NCBI RefSeq assembly: GCF_006345805.1
Contig: NC_043014.1
Coordinates: 37,386,001 to 37,450,000 of the forward strand
From: Octopus sinensis
Lineage: Eukaryota
Direction: 5' to 3'
DNA length: 64,000 nt
The position numbers were made by a program, and so were the translations under genes. This document shows, one piece after another, positions 23,400 through 34,834 of the stretch (position 1 is its first letter; the number at the start of each line of letters is the position of its first letter). The notes under the pieces are model-generated. The model did no database searches and was not told the DNA's origin. It was given only the letters and a program-made list of their open reading frames with translations.

Positions 23400-24055
23400 C
23401 ACATCTTGTGGGTGATCGGTAGCCATGTTGTTTCTGGTGCCATTACAATCTTTATATTCTCGTGCTCCGCACTCAAGGGGGAGCCTTGTAGTGACTCCAG
23501 GTTTCAGGCACCATTTTGGGATGTTCATCAGTGCATGTGAAAGGATTAGTGTCTTCCGGAAGGCCAGCCGGAAGTCCCTTATGCGAATGTGCAGTAATCA
23601 GCAGTAGCTTGCTTTTACCACTATTCTTTATTTTTGCTTCCTGCTGCTGAGAGAAACAGACGTGACAGACAAGCTCTTTGTGAAGGCAAATAGACTTGGC
23701 GAGTTGTGTGAAAGTTTCACAAATGTGATTTCAACCAACATGTGATTGTTTCTACCCCAGGCGTCCTATTACCCGGCTATCCAGCATGATGAAAGGCGAT
23801 TCGGCGAAAATAAATATTATTGTGTATATTCGGAGATTCGTGTTCCGCTTTTTTCCTTTTTTAATGCACGAACGACGAATAAATGTCAAATGAAATATAC
23901 ACAGCCGATAGTTGTTGTTGACAATCAACAGCAGTAATTTTATTCAGCTGAATACACATCACTGATTGGTTGAAATTACTGAAATAGGACAACTTTAACG
24001 TGAAATAACTTTGTAAATATAAGTTGTTCTCAAAAATGCTAAGAAAAAAAGATGT

Positions 24056-24460
24056 GGATCTTTTCGGTTTGAACGGCAGTTTTTCTAGCGGTGTCATATG
24101 AAATTGTCACCCATAATTATGACCCTAGTATCGATCTATTGCATTTCAATCTGTTTTAGGGTTAGGGGTGGGGGCGAACGAAATCATTTTTTTCTTCACA
24201 AATGTAAATAAACCCAATCTGTTTCTTAAACGAGGGAGATATTCATATAGCACAGAATGTTTTCACCTCAATAGACGACATTGATTTGTTGAAATTGCAG
24301 AAATTGAAGAAAAAACAACAAATATCTTACAAACTATGGAATTTTCTCAGTAAAGCCAAGAGAAAAAGATGTTTTATAAACACATTCTACCAGTGTACGA
24401 AGTTTGAAAGTGTTTAGTTACAAAAAATTATTTTTTAAATCCGTCGGTCGAAATCTAAAT
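24056..24460. mobile_element. Related GGATCTTTTC-family element, right end decayed
   Basis: ggatctttttcggtttgaacggcag start; shares ttttataaacacattctaccagt...gtttagttac with 23170-23225. Confidence 0.6.
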
Positions 24461-25164
24461 TGAATTTCAAGAGATAGGTTGTGAAACGGCCTTCTTACAA
24501 TTTGCAGACGATATTGTCGGGTCCCTCGTATCATTAATAATACCTGATTGGTAAAAGTAAATTACCGCCCCTTGTATCGTCCGACGTGTTTGTATTCACC
24601 AGTGCCCGTTTCCCGTTCCTGTTTTATTTTTTAGTATAAAATATTTAAAAATGGTTGAATCTTTCTAATTTTTTTGCTTGCATCATTTATTTTGTACATA
24701 TTTTCCATTTTTAAAGCTTTTTTTTAAATTGCATTTTATTTTCTTGGAGCGGTGCGTTTCTAAAGGAGCGCCGACCTGGCGATGTGGGTTTCTGCAAAAA
24801 AAAAAAAAACATGGACGGGGTGACGGCCCACCATGTCCACCGTTTTGGGGTTCTAAAGATCTTAAAAGGGCTGATCATATAGTTTTAGCACTTTTTAAAG
24901 GTGGTTTTAGAGCAAAAACTGACTTTGTTTCTAGGGTCCCTCCTTTTGAAATTCATAAAATGCTTTGTATAGTCCCTCCTTTTCTCCTCTTTAGTGGTTA
25001 AAAAAAAACATTGACTAGCGATGCAAAAACTTCGATTATGTTTTCTGCTTGGAAATTTGCGGAGGCGTAACTTCGGTGTAAGAACCGGATACATTTCAAG
25101 AAAGTGATTTTTTTAATATATGGGGGGGGGGGGGAGAAACGGGTTTCTATTATCTTTCTTTTTT

Positions 25165-25377
25165 CTTTTTCTTTTTATTTGTTTCAGTCATTTGACTGCG
25201 GCCATGCTGGAGCACCGCCTTTAATCGAGCAACTCGACCCCGGGACTTATTCTTTTTTTTTTTGTAAGCCCAGTACTTATTCTATCGGTCTCTTTTGCCG
25301 AACCGCTAAGTAACGGGGACATAAACACACCAGCATCGGTTGTCAAGCAATGCTAGGGGGACAAACACACACACGCA

Positions 25378-25424
<47 letters not shown>

Positions 25425-25572
25425 TACGACGAGCTTCTTTCTCTTTCCGTCTACCAAATCCACTCACAAGGCTTTGGTCGGCCGAGGCTATAATAGAAGA
25501 CACTTGCCCAAGGTGCCACGCAGTGGGACTGAACCCGGAACCATGTGGTTGGTAAACAAGCTACTTACCACA
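25165..25572 (-). mobile_element. SINE family A
   Basis: Reverse complement of 11063-11465. Confidence 0.9.
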
Positions 25573-26837
25573 AAGTCACATGAGTACTTATACCGAAGGA
25601 TCGCCATTTGCGGATTTCACATACACACATGAATCAGGCTTTTTGGCACTGTCATGCCTTTGGGTGTCAGAAGTGAAAGTAGAGAAATCTGACGTCAGAC
25701 GTCAACTTCGTGTATTTACGTCGTCTTTCGTTTATTTACGCTTTAATTTACGCCGTTTATTTACGTACAGTGCCGGCTTTTTACTGACATAATTTCGTTA
25801 TATCTATATTCCACAACACATACATTCATAAAAACAGAACAGGCACACACACAGACAAGAACAAGCACGCACACACAACCCATTATCTTTCTTCTCCACC
25901 TCTCAATTTAGCAGCAGTCATAGAGATTTCCGAAGTGAATTGTCGAGTTATACCGAAGATATCCAAGTTGAACTGTCAAAAGTTATCGCGTTATATCGAA
26001 GGAAAGCCGGTAAAAATTAACGTTGACAGTTTGTCGATAACTTCCGAAACATTTTTAAAGGATAAACTGGTTAACGCTTAACGAAGTTAACTTTTCGATT
26101 AACGACGCCCACCTTTGAATTTTGTGCATATATGATAATGATGACTGTCCACTCGAGACCGACGATGATCATCATTGACCAAAACCCATGCAAAATGTCA
26201 ACAATGCTTGTACAAAATTTTAGATCCAATAAGACTTCGGAAAGACTTCCGCCACACCCCCATTTTCTCCAAAATTTGTTTACGTAAAAAAATTTTTTTG
26301 CCAAAAATCCCCGTTTTCGGGAAAATTGCCAAAAATCGGCATTGTAAAATCCCCCACCCCCACCCCAGCTTCTTCACTTTTGACTTTTTTCCCTAACCCT
26401 AAACCTAATCATAAGTACAGAAATGTTTTGAAATTTTTGTCCGAGTCATAATATCCATATTTTTCCACATATTTAGGGGGAAAAAAATCTATAAAGATTT
26501 TGGGAAATTTTTTACAGAATCATAATCTCCGTATTTTTCCGAATATTTTGAAGAAAAAAATTCTTAAAAAAGTTTAAAATGAAGGGAATGGAGGTGGGGT
26601 GGTAATTAAGAAATGTCGGTTTTTGCCAATTTTTTTGCAGATTCGTATTCCCCGTAGCCGAAAAGGTGGGGGGCGTAAAAAAAAAACTTTTTTAAAGGGT
26701 GGTTGAGGAAGTTTTGCCAAGCCTTCCATGACACCTCATAGGCGCTTTCCACCTTACGTGATCCACGAGTGCTCATGATTTTCAGATTCAGGATTGTGGG
26801 TGGGATCGCTGTGATCTCAAGATTATATATATATATA

Positions 26838-26870
<33 letters not shown>

Positions 26871-27150
26871 ATATGTACATATATAAAACCAGTATTACAT
26901 ATACTAGCAGAAAGCCCACCCAAAAACACTAATCATATAATTCCATTGCTACATAAAAATGTAACCAAGTTTAAATTAAGAAAATTAACACCTTACCAAA
27001 ACCGTAATTCATAATTTTGTTGTTATGTCACCGGTGTAAGAATCTCTGAGCCAGAGTAGTAGATAGTTCGATCTCTGTTTGCAATATAGAGTGCAAAGCG
27101 CAGTATCGTCTGTTCAAAGGGCACTCACATTTAAATGGCGATAACATTAC

Positions 27151-27370
27151 CTCTCAGTATAAATATTACTGCCGTCTCCAACAGAGATTTTCTTGACGAG
27201 CTGCCTTTTCTTTTTAATCTCTAATTAGTTTTGTCTTTCTCTCAAGCTGTGTCCGCCTATCACACAAGTTATCGCGGATCTTTCTTTTGCTGACAGATAT
27301 TTAGAAAATTTACATCCAAAGTGAATCCTTCCAATTAGATATATTCAGGCAATGCTGGCAACACTTCCGC
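27151..27370 (-). promoter_or_regulatory. Candidate promoter / non-coding first exon of the minus-strand ankyrin gene
   Basis: CpG-containing non-repeat island; ETS-like GCGGAAGTG at about 27362-27370; donors gag|gtaatg (27151) and at|gtgagt (27129); YY1-like CGCCATTT at about 27133-27140. Confidence 0.3.
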
Positions 27371-27673
27371 GTTCTTAAAACTGAAACTATTTGTTCGGCA
27401 ATTTTCGTAAATATTTATTTTTCAGCTGAACCGCTTATGTTTATGTAATTTTTTGTATATGTATGTGTTTATGTGCATGTGTGAAACGCATACATACAGA
27501 AATATACATACATGCACATAAATACATACATATACTTATATACATAAATATACATTCACACGCGCGCGAAAAAGTTTTACGGAAATTGCCGAACAAAGAA
27601 CGTCACTTTTCACGGCCCTTTTCCGAAAGAATTCGGTAATTTTTCACGCTCAATCCGTCTTTGAAATTCATTT

Positions 27674-27845
27674 GGATCTTTTCGGTTTGAACGGCAGTTT
27701 TTCACATAATTTCTAGGTAACTAAAAAGTTTTAAACTTCGTATACTGGTAGAATGTGTTTATAAAACATCCTTTTCTCTTTGCTTTATTGAGAAAATTCT
27801 ATAGTTTGTAAGATATTTTCTTCAATTTTGGCAATTTCAATAACT
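27674..27845. mobile_element. Truncated GGATCTTTTC-family fragment
   Basis: ggatcttttcggtttgaacggcagttttt...cgtatactggtagaatgtg. Confidence 0.6.
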
Positions 27846-28908
27846 TAAAAATGTGCAGTCATACAGACCGTCTGCAAATGCGCACGTGCAGCAAACTGAC
27901 AGGTGTAAAATTATCTCCGTCCAATCAAAAAACAGCCATTTTGCCATTTATAGATATAGAGATTTTAAGCAAAAGTTTAGAAATTCTCTGGGAAACTGGA
28001 AAATCCAGAATCCGGGACAGATCCGGTCCTAAATTGGATAAATTGGTCTGGTACAGTATTGAGGTGTGGTGCACAACAATGGGAAAGAAATGCAGAGTTT
28101 TAATGAGTTATTTCCCTTGCAATGTTTTAATTTCTTTAGATTTAAACTGCTGGATTAAGTGAGTTATGTCCCTTGTATTAAAGACTCCTTACCTGAAACA
28201 TAAGGGGTCGGTTTATCGATTTTTTAAAAATAGCTTTCAGGGGTAACTGGGGAAATGAAAAGATCTTCACAACCACCCTTGGACGGTTTTGAATGACCAT
28301 AGAAAGTGCGAGCCCTCTAACTGAAAAATTGTGGATTTGTATAAAGGACACTCACACACAGACAGATATTTTGCCGTTTATATATAGAAAGATTTGGGGC
28401 AAAAATGACTTTCATTATCATAATCAGAACACATAAGTGCAGTGCACACCAAATTTGAACAAAATAGAAACCAAATAAAAATAAAAAATAGAAAACTGTG
28501 ACAGCAACAGAAAAGATCCAAGTGCTTTATACCATATTAGCAATGCATCCTGGCGTTGCCTGGGTATATGACCTAGAAGCACTTGTATTATTTGCTCCTT
28601 TCTTATGTGCATAATCGGCACAGCTGATAAATAGTTCATGGAATAATAGAAGTTATTTTTTGTTTAATAGTGAAGGGTGAGGCTACAATTTGCATGGGTT
28701 TCAATGAAAGTGCTTTCTGTTCTAAAGAAGGATCACAAACTACGTTTTGTTTCATCATATTAAGGTGAGTTAATACGATTTCGTCCAGAAATGACGTTTT
28801 CAAAATTTTAGTATCCCTCTATTTCCACCGTAATTTCTTAATTTGTAACTTTTTTTCAAATTTTTTTTTAATCTACGTAGAAAAATACAGAGATTACGAA
28901 CCTGGGAA

Positions 28909-28972
<64 letters not shown>

Positions 28973-29210
28973 AGAGAAAAACTGAGTTCAGAAAGAACAA
29001 TTCAAACTTGGTGGGGGGGATCCAAAAAGAGAGAAAACATTATTTGTAATAAAGATTCATCATATTCATAAAAGTCAGCCAGAGCAAGTAATAACAATAT
29101 GAAAATAATATTTGAGAAGATTCGTTATACGTATAAATCTATACCATAAAGAAGTATAAAAATGGAGAAAAAATGCTGAATCAGAAATAGATTTATTACA
29201 AAACTGGATT

Positions 29211-29316
29211 CAATGCATACGTACATTTCGAAAAACAATGCGAATGTGTAAGAAACAAATTTTAATCATAGTAATTATAATTAAATTTATGCATTATCAT
29301 TCTCATCAGTGTGAGG
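29211..29316 (-). ncRNA. Type I hammerhead ribozyme motif with long helix II (helix I weak)
   Basis: Minus: ctcaca CTGATGA gaatgataatgc [AT-rich loop] gcattgtttttc GAAA tgtacg TA tgcattg; helix II 11 of 12 pairs including G-U. Confidence 0.55.
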
Positions 29317-29344
29317 AATCTCTTGGAGAACATCAAGAAAGTTT

Positions 29345-30940
29345 AATAAGATGAAACAGAATTTACTCTGAGCGAGAGGATCTTTGTCAGCAGCAGAGGT
29401 AAGAGCTCCCTGAACCTAACCCAGGCTATTCTTATTCTAGCAGCTACACTTTCAGTGCACCCTCCCCTGCTACTGACTTGGTCACCTAGGTAATGGAAGC
29501 TATCAACTACTTCTAGTTTTTCTCCCTGGAATGTGGCAGAAGTTGTTCTCTGCACATTTTCAGTGTTATTTATAGCTCCCGAGCATCTGCCACATATGAA
29601 AACCATCCTCCTAGTTAGCCTTCCTTTGATATTGCTGCACCTCTTATGTGTCCATAGCTTATGCTGGGTACATCTTATAGAGTTTCTACCTACGCCTTTT
29701 CTACAGATCGAGCAGGGCCATCTACCTGAAGGCATTTGTGGTTTGCCTGACTTCCTACTTATTAGGACTTTGGTTTTAGTTAAGGTTGACTCTAGGGCCC
29801 TTCGATTCTAAACCTTGTTTCCACACTTGAAACTTCTCTAGTTCTGATAGTGACTCAGCAATTAGAGCAAGGTCATCAGCATAGAGGAGCTCCCAGTGGC
29901 ATCCTGTCTTGAATTCCTCCGTTATTGCCTGGAGGACTATGGTAAATAGGAGGGGGATGAGGACTGAGCCTTGGTGGACCCCTATCTCTACCCAGAATTC
30001 TTCACTGTACTCGTTGCCAACCCTCACCTTACTGACAGCGTCCCTGTACATGGCTTGCACAGCTCTCACTAACCATTCATCTATCCCTAGTTTCCTCATT
30101 GACCACCAGATAAGGGAACGGGGGACCCTGTCAAAGGCTTTCTCCATGTCAACGAAAGCCAGGTGCAGGGGCTTATCTTTGGCTAGGTATTTCTCCTGCA
30201 GCTGTCTAACCAGAAATATAGCATTAGTGGTGCTTTTCCCTGGTACGAAACCAAACTGCATCTCATCCAAACTGACTCTCTCCCTAATTAGTTGGGCTAT
30301 GACCCTCTCCATGATCTTCATTACCTGATCCAAGAGCTTGATACCTCTGTAATTATTTGTATCTAAAGCGTCACCATTTCCTTTGTAGCAGTTGACTATA
30401 GTGCTGCTACACCAGTCATTGGGTATGACTCCTTCGTGTATCACCTGGAAGAATGGTGGTAGCAGAGAATTGTATCAGACTGCCAGAAGAGAAGCTAAAC
30501 GTCAGGTTTATTTAGCCAGAGGGGAAGCAGATAAGAAAGAACTTGCCAATGTTCAGCACCGTGAGGACTAAAGACTTGAGGTATTTCATGTTGCAAGACA
30601 GTGTGTGAGAGAGAATCGTGATGTTGTAGGAGAGAAATGTGTCTGCATGGATGATGGTTCTCTTGCACTAAATGAGGCTGCAACGAGAGAGGTTTGAAGA
30701 TGCCACTATGAAAGGTTGCTGAACAAAGAAAATGAATGGGAGAAAGAGAGCCTGTCGGTTGTCGACCCAACAGAGGGACCAGCTATCCGAGTTGACAGTA
30801 CCTTGGTAGTTAAAGCAATTAAAATTATGAAGACAGGGAAAGCCCCCGGCCCATCAGGAATTACTGCAGAGATGCTCAAAATATCTGGCAGTATCGGCAT
30901 TAGCCTGGTCACCCGTATAGTTAACCAGGTGATACACGAA
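29345..30940 (-). mobile_element. RTE LINE RT fragment with an inverted 5' segment (30449-30940 on +)
   Basis: ORF 29776-30444 RT motifs (KAFDRVPR, GVHQGSVL, LLYADDL); ORF 30716-30943 on + encodes the immediately upstream RT segment (KAPGPSGITAEML). Confidence 0.9.
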
Positions 30941-31404
30941 TGATAACAACAATAATAATAGTGGTGTTAAATGAGCCAAATTTTCATATTGGTAGTACTT
31001 GAAAGTGAACGTAGCTGGTTGTTTGAATTCAAGGCTACAAGTAAACTTTCAATATCGGCGCATTTCACTGTTGGGGGTGGGGACGTTACATACATAATCT
31101 AAGAAACACACATGCATACATTAATGTACACCTGAAACCTATCTCTCTCCCTGCGTGTATTGTTCTTTGTCTTGAAATGTGTGTGTGTTTGTGTGAATGT
31201 GTTAGTCGTTGCAAAAATGTGTACTGAGAGACACATACACTGTCACACACATATACTTGTCAGTCATCAGCCTAACATAGATAACGAACATGCGAACACA
31301 CTCATAGAGAAAATGTGACGTCATCGTCATTATAGTGGTAATATAAAATGTCGTTTACAATAGGTAACTAAAAGAAAAATGATAATGTTATATTTTTATA
31401 ATGC

Positions 31405-31760
31405 AAATATCATCATCATCATCATCATCATCGTTTGGCATCCGCTTTCCATGCTGGCATGGGTTGGACGGTGCAACTGGGTTTGGGAAGCTAGAAGGCT
31501 GCACCAGGCCCAGTCTGATCTGGCAATGTTTCTACGGCTGGATGCCCCTCCTAACGCCAACCACTCCATGAGTGTAGTGGGTGCTTTTTACGTGCCACCG
31601 GCACGGAGGCCAGTTGAGGCTGGCAACGGCCACGATCGGATGGTGCTTTTTATGTGCCACTGGCACAGAGGCAGTCAGGACGGCGCTGGCAAAGGCTACA
31701 TTCGTTCTCTTATGTGCCACCGGCACTGGTATCACAGCTACGATTTCCATTGATGTTGAT
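31405..31760 (-). mobile_element. RTE 3'-end fragment with repeat units and (GAT)n tail
   Basis: (ATC)n at 31408-31430 followed by ggatgcccctcctaacgccaacc and 2-3 repeat units. Confidence 0.85.
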
Positions 31761-32147
31761 CGATTAAAATATAGTTTAGTTGGTAGCTAAAAGCTTACTA
31801 AATCTTTTGATACCCCTTATGTCAAAATCGGCAATTTGCTTTTAGAATGCATAAGGAACAAGCGCGCACACGCACACACATATACACACACATGCAAACT
31901 TTCTTTATAGAGTCAAGGGAAGTTGTGTCTCATTGTTGGCCGGTTTTAACCTTCTTTCTCCCTCTGGCCGTTTGTCTATAGTGGCTGCCTGCTTGTGGCA
32001 ATGACTCTGGTTGACTCTGTTCACTAACTGTTGCTCTCACTAACTGGATTCTGTCTGTTGTCGCCTCTTTTTTGCCAACCAACTTCTTCCTACGCTGTTT
32101 TAGTATTTATAACTATCCAAACTAGTTAGAAGGAGAGACATAGGTTA

Positions 32148-33417
32148 ATGTTGGCATTATTACCCAGAAACGAAATCGAATAAAAAATAGCTCAACGGGT
32201 GTAAAAAAATAAAGGTGTGGGAAACGAATATGAAAACAAAAATGCGTGGAAAGCAACGGGGTGGGGTGGCGAGAGGACTTCGGAAAATTCACAGGATCTG
32301 AGTTTTTCCCTCATAACTTTTAGGAAAATTGGGTTTTTTAATGAAATTTTAAATAAATACCTTTCAAACGGCATACATTACGATTATAACGAAATTTGTG
32401 GGTAAAAACATTTCCAAAGGGGTGGAGGGAGGACTTCGGAAAATTCTCAAGATCCGATGCTTTTTCCCTCATAACTTTAAGGAAAATGGATATCTTTTAA
32501 TGAAATTGTATATAAATACCTTTCAAACAACATGCATTATGGGTGCCTTATCTGCCATAAGCCCCTTATTCTTGTTTGGAAAGGTGGGGGGCAATAAATG
32601 CGTATTTGAATGTGCAAAACTGCATTAGGCGCTTTTTCTTTACCCATATTTTAAGATAACATTTTGCAGAAATAAGTTTTCTAGATTGTGGATAACATTA
32701 GATTGAAAATTCAAACAAGTTTGAAAAGAATAATAAGTGAAAATGCTGAAGTTATTAAAATTAGTGGTAATGAAGTCTGAACAGGAGAGAAAGAATGATA
32801 CAAAATCCTTATAAAACCACGTTAGTGTTTGTGTGTGTGAAACAAGTAAAATTATCTTTTACATACCTCTTAAAAATCACTGGATATATTGATTGCAGAT
32901 TGTGGCATATTAGGTCAGCGTAATTCAATCATCGAAAAAAAGAAAAACATTTTCCAATAATTCCGGTTTCTCCCACCCCTCTTTTTCCGAACAAAAAAAA
33001 GGGGCTTGTGGCACATTAGGCATCCATAATGCATGCCATTTGAAAGGTATATATATATATATATATATACAATTTCATTAAAAAATATCCGTTTTCCTTA
33101 AAGTTACAAGGGAAAAACATTGGATCTTGTGAATTTTCCGAAGTCATCCTCCCACTCCTTCGGAAAAGATTTTACCTACAAATTTCATAATAATCGTAAT
33201 GTATGTGCTTTTTGAAAGGAATTTATATTAAATTTCATTAAAAAAAAACATTTTCCTAAAAGTTATGAGGGAAAAACTCGGCTCTTGTGAATTTTCCAAA
33301 GTCCTCTCCTCCTCCCACCCTGTTGATTTTTGTTTTCAAATTCGTTTTCTACACCTTTCTTAACACCTGTTGAGCAATTTTTTTTTCGATCTAGTTTCTG
33401 GGTAATAATGCTAACAT
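32148..33417. mobile_element. Foldback/MITE with arms of about 420 bp, each with an internal direct repeat of about 160 bp
   Basis: atgttggcattattacccagaaac ... gtttctgggtaataatgctaacat; gaggacttcggaaaatt...ccctcataacttt repeated twice per arm. Confidence 0.75.
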
Positions 33418-34252
33418 ATTGTTGAGAACAATGAATTTCATTGGTGGTCTGTTATCTCTATTCTAGTTTTTGGAGGGTTAGAAGGGTCAAGTGAGAAAGA
33501 CATTATTCTACTTAGTGAAGGCATCTGGCAAATGTAACTGCTGTCACTCACAGAAAAACTATTGTTTTACCATGAGAAAAGTGGTGTTGAACTGTTAAGT
33601 GAAATTTGGCACTCAAGGATCAAATCCACGCCATGCCTGCATGAAGCCACTACATATATATATATATATATATACAATTTCATTAAAAAATATCCATTTT
33701 CCTTAAAGTTACAAGGGAAAAACATTGGATCTTGTGAATTTTCCGAAGTCATCCTCCCACTCCTTCGGAAAAGATTTTACCTACAAATTTCATAATAATC
33801 GTAATGTATGTGCTTTTTGAAAGGAATTTATATTAAATTTCATTAAAAAAAAACATTTTCCTAAAAGTTATGAGGGAAAAACTCGGCTCTTGTTAATTTT
33901 CCAAAGTCCTCTCCTCCTCCCACCCTGTTGATTTTTGTTTTCAAATTCGTTTTCTACACCTTTCTTAACACCTGTTGAGCAATTTTTTTTTCGATCTAGT
34001 TTCTGGGTAATAATGCTAACATATTGTTGAGAACAATGAATTTCATTGATGGTCTGTTATCTCTATTCTAGTTTTTGGAGGGTTAGAAGGGTCAAGTGAG
34101 AAAGACATTATTCTACTTAGTGAAGGCATCTGGCAAATGTAACTGCTGTCACTCACAGAAAAACTATTGTTTTACCATGAGAAAAGTGGTGTTGAACTGT
34201 TAAGTGAAATTTGGCACTCAAGGATCAAATCCACGCCATGCCTGCATGAAGC

Positions 34253-34258
<6 letters not shown>
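33070..34258. repeat. Near-identical 584-bp tandem duplication bounded by (TA)n tracts
   Basis: 33070-33653 versus 33675-34258; about 3 substitutions seen by eye. Confidence 0.95.
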
Positions 34259-34289
<31 letters not shown>

Positions 34290-34466
34290 AACATTATATA
34301 TATAAATTAGAGAAAAAAAAACACCTTTTATCAATGCAATAGTGAAAAATTAAATTATACCATTTAGAAAAACTACATCTTATAGAATAATTAAATATAA
34401 GAGAAAACATATAACAATGATTAAGTAATGTGCAAAAAAATAAATAAAGCATATATATTTAATAGA

Positions 34467-34563
34467 CTAACTACACGTGTTTCGTGGCTATATTTAAGAA
34501 ATGATGATAGTAATAATAATAGTAAAATCACTTCAATATAAATATAGTCACTCTTCAGGTTAA
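34467..34563 (-). ncRNA. Type I hammerhead ribozyme motif, intact core, long helix II
   Basis: Minus: ttaac CTGAAGA gtgactatattt [about 50-nt loop] aaatatagccac GAAA cacgtg TA gttag; helix I 5 bp, helix II 11 of 12, G10.1-C11.1 present, palindromic helix III ACACGUGU, GUA cleavage triplet. Confidence 0.7.
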
Positions 34564-34653
34564 AGATAAAAACAATGAAATAATTAATTAGATAAATTAA
34601 TAAATATGTGTAAATAATCTTATTCCCTCATATTATTATTATTATACACACAG

Positions 34654-34691
<38 letters not shown>

Positions 34692-34834
34692 TATTTAGTA
34701 GACATGCCCTTTACATTTTTCAATGCAAGGACTCAATTAGGATGAATATCCTAAGGCAGATTCATGCAGTAATCTCAAAAGATCTGGCATTGAAGATGCT
34801 TTCTTGTTCTTTTTATGAAGTGTGCTATCTATTA

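Noticed and set aside
28170-28575. Helitron-like 5' end on minus (28392) and 3' hairpin + CTAG on plus (about 28545-28575)
   Set aside because: The ends are on opposite strands and cannot be one element; each is too short to call with confidence.
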